Positions 48,225 to 59,498 of a DNA stretch of 64,000 nucleotides are shown piece after piece. Below the pieces are notes generated by a model. The model saw nothing but the letters and a program-made list of their open reading frames with translations. It was not told the DNA's origin and searched no databases. The translations under genes were made by a program, and so were the position numbers. Source of the DNA: Squalus acanthias (Eukaryota); contig JASTWF010000322.1 of the NCBI GenBank assembly GCA_030390025.1, positions 124,001-188,000 on the forward strand, given 5' to 3'. The first letter of the stretch is position 1, and every line of letters begins with the position of its first letter.

Positions 48225-49430
48225 TACAGCAACTTACATTTATCCGGCACCTTTAATGTAGTAAAACGTCCCAGGGCGCTTCACAGGGGCAATTATCAAA
48301 CACAATTTGACACCGAGCCACATAAGGAGATATTAGGACAGGCGACCAAAAGCTTGGTCAAAGAGGTCGGTTTTAAGGAGCGTCTTAAAGGAGGAGAGAG
48401 AGGCGGAGAGGTTTAGGGAGGGAATTCCAGAGCTCAGGGCCCCAGGCAGCTGAAGGCACGGCCGCCAATGGTGGAGCGATGGAAATCGGGGATGCTCAAG
48501 AGGCCAGAATTGGAGGAGCGCAGAGATCTCGGAGGGTTGTAGGGCTGGAGGAGGTTACAGAAATAGGGAGGGGGCGAGGGGCCATGGAGGGATTTGAACA
48601 GGAGGATGAGAATTGTCGGGCTGGAGGAGGTTACAGAGATAGGGAGGAGGGACGAGGGCCATGGAGGGATTTGAACAGGAGGATGAGAATTGTAGGGCTG
48701 GAGGAGGTTACAGAGATAGGGAGGGGGCGAGGGGCCATGGAGGGATTTGAACAGGAGGATGAGAATTGTAGGGGCTGGAGGAGGTTACAGAGATAGGGAG
48801 GGGTGAGAGGCCATGGAGGGATTTGAACAGGAGGATGAGAATTGTAGGGGCTGGAGGAGGTTACAGAGATAGGGAGGGGGCGAGGGGCCATGGAGGGATT
48901 TGAACAGGAGGATGAGAATTGTAGGGGCTGGAGGAGGTTACAGAGATAGGGAGGGGTGAGAGGCCATGGAGGGATTTGAACAGGAGGATGAGAATTGTAG
49001 GGGCTGGAGGAGGTTACAGAGATAGGGAGGGGGCGAGGGCCATGGAGGGATTTGAACAGGAGGATGAGAATTGTAGGGCTGGAGGAGGTTACAGAGATAG
49101 GGAGGGGGCGAGGGGCCATGGAGGGATTTGAACAGGAGGATGAGAATTGTAGGGCTGGAGGAGGTTACAGAGATAGGGAGGGGGCGAGGGCCATGGAGGG
49201 ATTTGAACAGGAGGATGAGAATTGTAGGGCTGGAGGAGGTTACAGAGATAGGGAGGGGGCGAGGGCCATGGTGGGATTTGAACAGGAGGATGAGAATTTT
49301 GAAATCGGGGCGTTGCCGGACCGGGAGCCAGTGCCGGTCAGCGAGCACTGGGGTGAACGGGACTCGGAGCGAGTTAGGACACGGGAGCGAGGACCGGTTT
49401 ACGCAGGGTGGGAGGCCGGAGAGCATCGGA
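48225..49430 (-). mobile_element. L2-type LINE 3' fragment with the 76-bp unit amplified about 10 times (48540-49298)
   Basis: Reverse-complement counterpart of 2700-4592. Confidence 0.82.
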
Positions 49431-49933
49431 ACAGTCGATTCTGGAGGCCGGGCGCAGTCTTGAGTAACTCAGCCGAAAATCGGTTTATTAGAAAAAAAAA
49501 AGAAGCATTTTTTAATCACAGTGTCAGTCCACCAGCTGTGAGTAACCTGATTTGAAATGCCTTTTACAAACTATACAGAGACATGTGCTGCTTATAATTG
49601 GGGTACAGTAGTCAGTTTCTGAAAAAAAAAATTACATTCAATGGCTTTGGAAAGGTGACGGGGCGGATTCTTTGCAGGTCTGTGATCAAAGTTGCCCGCC
49701 ATCGTCTGCGCCGGCCGCGCCGAGGTCGGGCGAAACCCGCCAGGAGGAACCAGCGCAACCGAGCTTAAACTCCACCCCCACCCCGTGAGCGCCTGATGCC
49801 ATCGCACTGACGCTCCCCCCCGCTTCCCGATGAGACCGGATTGAGTCGCAGCGGGGAGTCTCGGCCCTGCTCTCTCCAGCCTCACCCGATCGACGACGCT
49901 CGGACTCCCAAGGGTTAAATCACGAGGAGCGAT

Positions 49934-50147
49934 TGACATGATTCTTGGAAAATGACTTCTGAAATAATACTGGGCGGACTGCGGGTGGCGCTGTCCAGGG
50001 AGAGTGTAAACACTTGGCCATGTGCCCAGCATGCTCGGGACATTCTTTAACAGGAACTATGAAGGACAACTAGAGCTCCATGTTGTAAAAGTTGATTAAA
50101 GCCTTGTTTAATACTCAGACCAAGTGCCCAGTCGTTTTTTTACGTCA
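49934..50147 (+). mobile_element. Solo LTR (214 bp)
   Basis: TGACATG...TTACGTCA flanked by a perfect 5-bp TSD GCGAT; similar to 52820-53048. Confidence 0.85.
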
Positions 50148-50189
50148 GCGATCACACAATCTCTGGTTGTGCTCCCTGGAATTTAGCCA

Positions 50190-51108
50190 GTTAAGGGGCG
50201 GTCTGATCGAAGTTTTCGAGATATTAAGGGGGAACTGACGGGGGGAGATAAATAGAGAGCGACTATTTCCGCTGGTTGGGGAGTCGAGGACTAGCCGGGG
50301 GGCATCGTCTAAAAATTAGAGCCAGACCTTTCAGGAGTGAAGTTAGGAAACACTTCTACACACAAAGGGTGGTAGAAGTTTGGAACTCTCTTCCGCAAAC
50401 TGCAATTGATGCTGGGTCAATTGTTAATTTTAAATCGGAGACTGATAAGCTTTCTGTTAACCGAAGGTATTAAGGGATATGGGGCAAAGGCGGGTCTATG
50501 GAGTTAGGTCGCAGATCAGCCCATGATCTCATTGAATGGCGGAACAGGCTCGAGGGGCTGAATGGGCCTCCTCCTGTTCCTGTGTAACAGGCTCGAGGGG
50601 CTGAATGGGCCTCCTCCTGTTCCTGTGTAACAGGCTCGAGGGGCTGAATGGGCCTCCTCCTGTTCCTGTGTAACAGGCTCGAGGGGGCTGAATGGGCCTC
50701 CTCCTGTTCCTGTGTAACAGGCTCGAGGGGCTGAATGGGCCTCCTCCTGTTCCTGTGTAACAGGCTCGAGGGGCTGAATGGGCCTCCTCCTGTTCCTGTG
50801 GTAACAGGCTCGAGGGGGCTGAATGGGCCTCCTCCTGTTCCTGTGGTAACAGGCTCGAGGGGGCTGAATGGACCTCCTCCTGTTCCTGTGTAACAGGCTC
50901 GAGGGGGCTGAATGGGCCTCCTCCTGTTCCTGTGGTAACAAGCTCGAGGGGCTGAATGGGCCTCCTCCTGTTCCTGTGTAACAGGCTCGAGGGGGCTGAA
51001 TGGGCCTCCTCCTGTTCCTGTGTAACAGGCTCGAGGGGGCTGAATGGGCCTCCTCCTGTTCCTGTGTAACAGGCTCGAGGGGGCTGAATGGGCCTCCTCC
51101 TGTTCCTA
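50190..51108 (+). mobile_element. CR1 3' fragment whose tail is amplified as the 43-bp array (50546-51108, about 13 copies)
   Basis: [24 protein letters not shown], then the repeats. Confidence 0.88.
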
Positions 51109-52125
51109 CGCTAGCGGCATAGGAAGGCTGCAGTTCACAAAGAAAGGGATTCCCTCGAGTGAGTAACGGCACAAGTGGAACCCAGCACCCAACATCTCCG
51201 TTGACTCTTTTCCTGTTGCTTGAGAGCTAGTGGGGGGAAGAAAAAAAAAACCAGAACAACGATCTTTGGATTCCGACAGAGCTGCCCCTGCTTAGCCGAG
51301 CCAGCGGACAGCTCCCGGCTCCCAGGTAGTGTTTCAACATGGAAAGAAAATCGTCCGGCGGGCGTCCGAAGAGGGTGGGTCGAATGCCACGCCCGCGGTT
51401 TGACCTCTTCGCCCTGGGGTTGCAATTTCGGTTGCCAGCTGTCGTTTTAGTGTTTCGAATGTGTCTCTGTGTTGTCTTACTTGTCAATAAACACCGCAAG
51501 TCATTCTTAGCCTGTAAACGCGCTCTCTCTCTCTCTCTCTCCGGAGCCGTGTTTCACTTCCTGACCGCTGAGGCGAGTTTAAAAACCAGCTTGGTTCCGT
51601 GTGAACGGGCGATGGCAGTTTCCTGCTGTTGAGTCCCAGGTCAGTGCACAGCTTCCGATGAGAGTTGGGAGTGAGCCTTGTTTGGTTGTCTACTTTCCTT
51701 CCCCTTCTTGTTCCTTCTGATCCAGCTCTTTCCCCACCCCCGCCACTCCACATTGAGAGGCAGGTGGCGCTTACCCGTGCTGCTTGGCGGGAGTGAAAGG
51801 GCTCGACCGTCAGCACCACGAGATAGAGGGGTTTCGCTTCGGCCAAGCACTGTGGGTAAGACACACCGCCATTAGGATGCGACCGGCCGTTTCTTAATCC
51901 GTCACGTGTCTGGGCTAGAGTCCCAACTGCTCTGCATTACCAACACCGGGGGTGCAAGGACTGGGGCGTCGGGGGGGGGGGGGGGGGGGGTTGGAGATGC
52001 GATTAGAAACAGGAGCTCCCGATTGAAGGAATTAACAGCCGCACATTTCATCACCTGAGCTCGCCCGGGTCCGCCTTCAAAAATTGACGGGCGGCTGCGA
52101 AGGCCGACGGGATCCTTGCCTTTAT

Positions 52126-52572
52126 TAGCCGTGATGAGGAGATGCCGGTGTTGGACTGGGGTGGAGAAATGTGAGAAGTCGCACAACACCAGGTTATAGT
52201 CCAACAGCTTTATTTGAAATCACAAGCTTTCGGAGCGGCAGCTCCTTCGTCAGGTGAAGTGAAGAGATGCATATAGGCACAGCATATATAGTCAGAGAAC
52301 ACTGCCAGGTGACTACAGTTAATCTTTCTGCCGTGATTATCTCTCTCCGAGGTGTGATAAAGGGCAGTTGGAAAGATTAACTGTAATCACCTGGCCGTGT
52401 TCTCTGACTATATATGCTGTGCCTATATGCATCTCTTCACTTCACCTGACGAAGGAGCAGCGCTCCGAAAGCTTGTGATTTCAAATAAAGCTGTTGGACT
52501 ATAACCTGGTGTTGTGCGACTTCTCACATTTGTCCACCCCAGTCCAACACCGGCATCTCCACATCATGGCTA
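52126..52572. mobile_element. Fold-back Penelope-like element (arms about 200 bp) with minimal hammerhead cores
   Basis: Near-perfect inverted repeat; CTGACGA-a-GGAGC-agc-GCTCC-GAAA at 52446-52470, mirrored in the left arm. Confidence 0.8.
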
Positions 52573-53122
52573 TTTCCCCTTAGCAGAGAGGTCAATAACC
52601 AGGGGGGCATTGATTGAAAGTAATTGGGAGAAGGTTTAGAGGGGAGTTGAGGAGAACGCTCTTCACCCAGAGGGTGTGGTTGGGGGATCTGGAACTCACT
52701 GCCTGAAAGGGTGGTAGAGGCAGACACCCTCATCGCATTTAAACAGCGCTTGGATACACGCTTGAAGCGCCGTAACCTACAGGGCTACGGACCAAGAGCT
52801 GGAAAGTGGGATTAGGGTGTGACATGAATTTTGTCATCCATGTGGAAATGACTTATAAAATAATACTGGGCGGCCTGCTGGTGGCGCTGTCCAGGGAGAG
52901 TATAAATACTCGAGCATGGGCCCAGCTTGCGCAGGACATTCTTCAACAGGAACCAGTGAAGGACACAACTAGATCTCCATGTTGGAAAACAGTTGATTAA
53001 AGCTTTGTTTAACGCTTAGACCAAATGCCTAGTAGTTTTATTACGGCAGGGTTGGATGGCTCTTTGTCGGCCGGCACGGACACGATGGGCCGAATGGCCT
53101 CCTTCTGAGCCGTAAATTCTCT
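52573..53122 (+). mobile_element. CR1 3' fragment interrupted by a solo LTR
   Basis: WNSLPERVVEA-like sequence; the tail resumes at 53049. Confidence 0.75.
52820..53048 (+). mobile_element. Solo LTR (229 bp)
   Basis: TGACATG...TTACGGCA with TATAAATA and ATTAAA; flanks GGGTG/GGGTT (TSD with one mismatch). Confidence 0.8.
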
Positions 53123-53249
53123 GAAAGGAGCTGGATCGATTCCCGATTCGGCAGGGGGTGAAAAGTACAGGAATTTTCTGGCGACGGCGAGCGGGATAAC
53201 CCCCAGAGCTCAGGCGACGAGACGGACGGGTCTGACGGGAAGGGGGCAA

Positions 53250-54233
53250 TCAGCTGGCCGGCGGCTTCTTGGCCTCCGGCGCGCACTGGTGGGCGTGGAG
53301 GCTGGACGAGCTCTTGAACTGCTGGCCGCAGTCTGCGCAGGTGCGGGGCCCCTTCCAGGTGTGGACCCGCTGGTGTCGCCCTAGCACCGAGAGGCGGGAG
53401 AAGCCGCGCTCGCAGACGGGGCACTTGAAGGGCCGCTCCTGGCTGTGGGTGCTCTGGTGCTGGACCAGGATGGAGGACTTGGTGAAGCCCTTGCCGCAAG
53501 TGGCGCACTTGAAGAGCTTGGCCCCGGCATGGGCCCGCTGGTGCTGGAGCAGGCTGGAGGAGTAGCGGAACTCCTTGGCGCAGTCGGGGCACTTGAAGGG
53601 CTTCTCCCCGGTGTGGGTCCGCTGGTGGCTCCGCAGGCTGGAGGGGTCGCTGAACTTCTTGGCGCACTCCAGGCACTGGAAGGGCTTCTCCCCGGTGTGC
53701 ATGCGCTGGTGGATCACCAGCATGCACGAGCGGCTGAAGGGCTTGCCGCAGAAGGGGCATTTGAAGGGCTTCTCCCCGGTGTGGGTCCGCTCGTGGCGCC
53801 GCAGGCTGGACAGCTCGCTGAACTCCTTGCCGCAGGTCGGGCATTTGAAGGGCTTCTCGCCCGTGTGGGTCCTCTCGTGGCGCCGCAGGTTGGACAGCAG
53901 GTTGAAGTCCTTCCCGCAGTCCTCGCACTTGAAGGGCTTCTCCCCCGAGTGCACCCGCAGGTGCTGCTTGAGGTTGGAGTACTTGTTGAAGCTGCGCCCG
54001 CACTCGTTGCAGATGTAGGTCTTGCGCCCGCTCTTCGGGCCCTGGCCCCGCCTCCGACGGCGCCGGCGGGGGGGCGGGTCGTCCTGGGCGCCCCCCGAGC
54101 CGGCCCAGTCGCCCAGGAGCTCCTCCGGCCGGTAGAGGGACTCCGAGTGGCTGGAGTCGCCGTCGGAGGCCGAGTCCTCTTCGGCGGCTGGGGACTCCTC
54201 CTCGGCGCCAGGCGCGTCCTCCTCGGTCGCCAT
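53250..54233 (-). CDS. C2H2 zinc-finger protein, 327 aa: acidic N-terminus, basic NLS-like RRRRRRR, 8 canonical fingers plus 1 degenerate finger
   Basis: TGEKPF linkers, high GC3, and a ttctag acceptor placing the exon start at 54242, 9 nt before the ATG. Orthology not assigned. Confidence 0.92.
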   Translation of the reverse strand: MATEEDAPGAEEESPAAEEDSASDGDSSHSESLYRPEELLGDWAGSGGAQDDPPPRRRRRRRGQGPKSGRKTYICNECGRSFNKYSNLKQHLRVHSGEKPFKCEDCGKDFNLLSNLRRHERTHTGEKPFKCPTCGKEFSELSSLRRHERTHTGEKPFKCPFCGKPFSRSCMLVIHQRMHTGEKPFQCLECAKKFSDPSSLRSHQRTHTGEKPFKCPDCAKEFRYSSSLLQHQRAHAGAKLFKCATCGKGFTKSSILVQHQSTHSQERPFKCPVCERGFSRLSVLGRHQRVHTWKGPRTCADCGQQFKSSSSLHAHQCAPEAKKPPAS

Positions 54234-54419
54234 GGGCAGCTCCTAGAACACGGGCAGATGGCACAGTTACTGCCTGGCGCGAGGGTTTGACAGTCCTCGC
54301 TTTCCTCTCCGTCGCAGTCCCCGAAACTCTTTCCCTGCTCTTTGCCCACTGGCCTGCCACATCAAGGAGCTCGCCCTTTGTGGGTTATGCTCCACACGAG
54401 CCTCCTCCCACCCTTCTTA

Positions 54420-54748
54420 CATAGAAACATAGAAGATAGGAGCAGGAGTAGGAGTAGGCCATTCGGCCCCTCGAGCCTGCTCCGCCATTCGATGAGATCA
54501 TGGCTGATCATCCAAACTCAGTACCCTGTCCCTGCTTTCTCCCCATATCCCTTGATACCTTTAGATTTAAGAAATATATCCAACTCCTTCTTGAATATAT
54601 TTAATGACTTGGCCTCAACTACCTTCTGTGGTAGAGAATTCCACAGGTTCACCACTCTCTGGGTGAAGAAATTCTTCCTCATTTCTGTCCTAAATGGCTT
54701 ACCCTTTGTCCTTAGACTATGACCCCTGGTTCTTGACTCTCCGACCAT
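54420..54748 (-). mobile_element. CR1 3' fragment
   Basis: ORF 54518-54754 plus the tail. Confidence 0.85.
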
Positions 54749-54829
54749 CTTCATCTCAAACTATCCTTCTATTAGAGTCCTGCCACTGGCTTGCTGGTGA
54801 GGGGGGGTGGGCAAGGTGGGGGGGAAGAG

Positions 54830-55358
54830 TAGTTCTGGTCACCACACTTTAGGAAGGATGTGAAGGCCCTTGAGAGGGTGCAGAGGAGATTTACCAGAAT
54901 GGATCCGGGGATGGGGGAATCTTAGCTACAAGGACAGGTTTGAGAAGCTGGATTTGTTTTCATTAGAGCAAAGGAGGTTTGAGGGGTGATTTGTTAGAGG
55001 TGTACAAGATTATGACGGGTTTGGATAGGCTAGACAGGGAAAGGCTGCTCCCACTAGTTGATGGTACAAGGACTAGGGGACACAGATTTAAGGTTTTCGG
55101 CAAGAGATATAGGGGGGATGTGAGGAAAAACCTTTTTACGCAGCGAGTGGTGAGGACCTGGAACTCGCTGCCGACGGAAGTGGTGGAAGCGGAGACACTC
55201 GATGTTTTCAAGGGGAGACTGGATAGGCACTTGAGGGAAAATAAACTTGCAGGGCTACGGGGATAGAGCGGGGGAATGGGACTGACTGGATTGCTCTACA
55301 GAGAGCCGGCACGGACTCGATGGGCTGAATGGCCTCCTTCTGTGCCTTTGTGACTCTG
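54830..55358 (+). mobile_element. CR1 3' fragment
   Basis: RGDLLEVYKIM...FTQRVVRTWNSLP. Confidence 0.85.
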
Positions 55359-55584
55359 TGATTAATCAAAACCAGAGATGTTGTGGAGGGCTCAGTCCAG
55401 TGGGAAGCCCCTCAGTAGATGGTAAGGTCAACCTCACCCACCTGGTTTCTGAGGGGAGGGACACCGAGGGTTCCACGAACACCACTTATTCCTCGTGGGT
55501 TGTTAAGATTTTGCCGCGAGATCTCGCCTCCATCGTAGCGACTGTCTGAATTGGAGAACTCCCATTTTGGGTTACGGCTTGCGT

Positions 55585-55788
55585 AGAACGTACAGTCCAG
55601 AGACAGGCCATTCGGCCCAACTGGTCCGTGCCAGTGTGTCTGCTCCACACCAGCCTCCTCCCCCCCTCTTCATCTCACCCCATCACCATATCCTGCCATT
55701 CCTTTCTCCCTCATGTGTTTATCCAGCTTCCCCTTAAATGCATCGACGCTATTCGCCTTAACCACTCCCTGTGGTAGCGAGTTCCACA
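55585..55788 (-). mobile_element. CR1 3' tail fragment
   Basis: Reverse complement tggaactcgctaccacagggagtggtt followed by the tail. Confidence 0.7.
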
Positions 55789-57412
55789 GGAGGAGGGAGG
55801 GGCTGGATGGGGTCACCACAGGAGGGAGGGGCTGAATGAGGTCACCACAGGAGGGAGGGGCTGAATGAGGTCACCACAGGAGGGAGGGGCTGGATGGGGT
55901 CACCACAGGATGAGGGAGGGGCTGAATGAGGTCACCACAGGATGAGGGAGGGGCTGGATGGGGTCACCACAGGATGAGGGAGGGGCTGAATGAGGTCACC
56001 ACAGGATGAGGGAGGGGCTGAATGAGGTCACCACAGGAGGGAGGGGCTGAATGAGGTCACCACAGGAGAGGGAGGGGCTGAATGAGGTCACCACAGGAGG
56101 AGGGAGGGGCTGAATGAGGTCACCACAGGAGGGAGGGAGGGGCTGAATGAGGTCACCACAGGAGGGGGGAGGGGCTGAATGAGGTCACCACAAGAGGGAG
56201 GGAGCGGCTGAATGAGGTCACCACAAGAGGAGGGTGGGGCTGAATGAGGTCACCACAGGATGAGGGCGGGGCTGAATGAGGTCACCACAGGAGGGAGAGG
56301 CTGAATGAGGTCACCACAAGAGGAGGGTGGGGCTGAATGAGGTCACCACAGGAGGGAGGGGCTGAATGAGGTCACCACAGGAGAGGGAGGGGCTGAATGA
56401 GGTCACCACAGGAGGAGGGAGGGGCTGAATGAGGTCACCACAGGAGGGAGGGAGGGGCTGAATGAGGTCACCACAGGAGGGGGGAGGGGCTGAATGAGGT
56501 CACCACAAGAGGGAGGGAGGGGCTGAATGAGGTCACCACAAGAGGAGGGTGGGGCTGAATGAGGTCACCACAGGATGAGGGCGGGGCTGAATGAGGTCAC
56601 CACAGGAGGGAGAGGCTGAATGAGGTCACCACAGGAGGGAGGGGCATAATGAGGTCACCACAGGAGGGAGGGGCTGAATGAGGTCACCACAGGATGAGGG
56701 AGGGGCTGAATGAGGTCACCACAGGAGGGAGGGGCTGAATGAGGTCACCACAGGATGAGGGAGGGGCTGAATGAGGTCACCACAGGAGGGAGGGACTGAA
56801 TGAGGTCAGCACAGGAGAGGGAGGGGCTGAATGACGTCACCACGGGAGGGGGAGGGGCTCAATGAGGTCACCACAGGATGAGGGCGGGGCTGAATGAGGT
56901 CACCACAGGAGGGAGAGGCTGAATGAGGTCACCACAGGAGGGAGGGAGGGGCTGAATGAGGTCACCACAGGAGGGGGAGGGGCTGAATGAGGTCACCACA
57001 GGAGGGGCTGAATGAGGTCACCACAGGAGGGGCTGAATGAGGTCACCACAGGAGGGGCTGAATGAGGCCAGCACACGAAGGTGGGGCTGAATTAGGTCAC
57101 CACAGGAGGGAGTGGCTGAATGAGGTCACCACAGGAGGGAGGGGCTGAATGAGGTCACCACAGGATGAGGGAGGGGCTGAATGAGGTCAGCACACGAGGG
57201 TGGGGCTGAATTAGGTCACCACAGGAGGGAGTGGCTGAATGAGGTCACCACAGGAGGGAGGGGCTGAATGAGGTCACCACAGGATGAGGGAGGGGCTGAA
57301 TGAGGTCACCACAGGATGAGGGAGGGACTGAATGAGGTCACCACAGGAGGGCAGGGCTGAATGAGGTCACCACAGGAGGGTGGGGCTGAATGAGGTCACC
57401 ACAGGAGGGCGG
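55789..57412. repeat. G-rich minisatellite, about 25-33 bp unit, about 50 copies
   Basis: Unit ggggctgaatgaggtcaccacaggaggga. Confidence 0.93.
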
Positions 57413-58160
57413 GACTTTGTGACGTCTCATCAAGAGACGGGGCCTTGCCCTCTCCGGCTGCTGGGTGACGTCACAAAGGGGAAGAGGGGGCGGAGCCCGG
57501 AGAGAGCAGGCGCGGCTTGCAACGTCACAAAGGGGGAGAGTGGGCGGATCCCGGAGAGAGGAGGCGTGGCCTGGGGACGTCACAAAGGGGAAGAGGGAGG
57601 GGGGCGGAGCCCGGGGCTTCGAATTAACCGACGGTTCGGAGCCCGGGTTGTTCGCTGCTGCGCGGCGGCGGCTGAGGGTGAGTGACGCCTCCCCAGGTGT
57701 CATTCTCTGACTCTACAACCCTCACACGGGATATATATATATAAATCGAGGCACCTTGCAGCGGGTGTGCACTAACCTGCTGGCGGTCGGTGTGTGAATT
57801 TGTGAGGCGGGAGCAGAGGGCGGCCCCGGTTTTCTCTCTCGCTCTCCCCCTCTGCCCGCCTCAGGCCTGACGAGCGGCTCCGACCATGCGGCGCCTGCGC
57901 ACACTCCCCCGGCCCAGGTGCGCAGGCGCGGCTCTCCCCGGCCCGCGGGCGCTGGCAGTCTGGGGGGGCGGGGCCCCGCCGCGCCTGCGCCGACCACCCG
58001 CGCCTGCGCACTGGCGGCCCCACCCAGCCGGCGGATGGAGGGCTTTCTGGCGCGCGGGGCACTCTGGGAGGCGCGGGCCGCCATGGCCCGCCAACAACAA
58101 CAGCAACAACTGGAAGTGAGAGGAAAAACCCCACTAACTGGGGCCTGGGCGCACCGCAGC
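57413..58160. promoter_or_regulatory. CpG-island promoter with CRE (TGACGTCA 57466-57473), GC boxes and four NRF1-like GCGCCTGCGC motifs (57891-58010)
   Basis: High CpG density, motifs seen directly, candidate splice donors on both strands. Confidence 0.75.
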
Positions 58161-58535
58161 AGGGCAAAACAGATCCCCTTTCAATCTTTTTATCACCAGA
58201 TATAATCAGAGAGAGGTTTATATACAATCATAGAATGGTTACAGCACAGAAGGAGGCCCCTCGAGCCCGTGCCCGATCTCTGCAAGAGAATTTCAGCTAG
58301 TCCCACTCCCGCTAGCCCTGCATATTTTTCCCCTCAGGTATTTATCCAATTCCCCTTTTGAAAGCCGCGATTGAGTCTGCCTCCACCACCCTTTCAGGCA
58401 GCGCATTCCAGATCCTAACCACTCGCTGCGTAAAAAAAGTTTTTCCTCATGTCGCCTTTGGTTCTTCTGCCAATCACCTTAAATCTGTGTCCTCTGGTTC
58501 TCGACCCTTCCGCCAATGGGAACAGTTTCTCTCTA

Positions 58536-59498
58536 ATACAATAGCAAAATACTGCAGATGCTGGAAATCCGAAATAACAACAGAAAACGTTGGAAACACT
58601 CAGCAGGTCAGGCAGCATCCGTGGAGAGAGAAACAGAGTTAACGTTTCAGGTCGAAGACCTTTTCATCAGAACTGGAAAAAAGCAGGAAATGGAACAGAT
58701 TTTAAAGCAAGTTCAGGGGCTGGGAAAAGGGGGAGGGGATGAAAGAACAAAAGGGAAGGTCAGTGATAGGATAGAAGGCAGGAGAGGTTAAGAGACATTG
58801 AGAGACATTAAGACATATTCAAGGCAAGAGGAGAGATTGGGGAGACCAAACGCAGATTGGGTGACCGCTTTCGGAACACCTCCGTTCAGTCTGTAAGGGG
58901 GACCCCGAGCTCCCGGTGGCCTGTCACTTTAATTCTCTTCTCCGCTCCACTCCCACTCTGACCTCACCGTCCTCGGCCTCTTGCATTGTTCCACGGAAGC
59001 TCAGCGTAAGCTCGAGGAACAGCACCTCATCTTTCGATTAGGCAATCTACAGCCCTCTGGACTCAACATAGAGTTCAACAATTTCAGATCATAATCTCGG
59101 CCCCTTCACATGTTTTTTTTATCCACACTTTTTGTTTGGCCCTTTCTTTCTTCTCTCCCACATGGCAGCTGTCCTTCATTCTGCCAGCGCAATTCACACT
59201 TCCAGAGCCATCCTTTGTTTCTTAACCTGTCCCATTACCATCTCTTGCCTTGAATATCTCTTAATGTCTCTCAATGTCTCTTAATCTCTCCTGCCTTCTA
59301 TCCTATCACTGACCTTCCCTTTTGTTCTTTCATCCCCTCCCCCATTTCCCAGCCCCTAAACCTGCCTTAAAATCTATTCCATTTCCTGCTTTTTTCCAGT
59401 TCTGACGAAAGGTCTTCGACCTGAAACGTTAACTCTGTTTCTCTCTCCACGGATGCTGCCTGGCCTGCTGAGTTTTTCCAGCGTTTTCTGTTGTTATT
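58536..59498 (+). mobile_element. Truncated Penelope-like element with inverted pseudo-LTRs, GIY-YIG remnant and hammerhead core
   Basis: Arms about 58573-58830 and 59242-59498; IGETKRRLGDRF at about 58836; CTGACGA-a-AGGTC-ttc-GACCT-GAAA at about 59402-59426; 14-bp TSD acagtttctctcta. Confidence 0.85.

Noticed and set aside
53041..54360. Alternative-frame and antisense ORFs over the ZNF (439, 281, 211 aa)
   Set aside because: Shadow ORFs caused by very high GC3.
57722..58084. Minus-strand MAARASQ ORF as a coding first exon of the ZNF
   Set aside because: ATG to the 57777 donor is 308 nt (phase 2), out of frame with the phase-0 ZNF acceptor.
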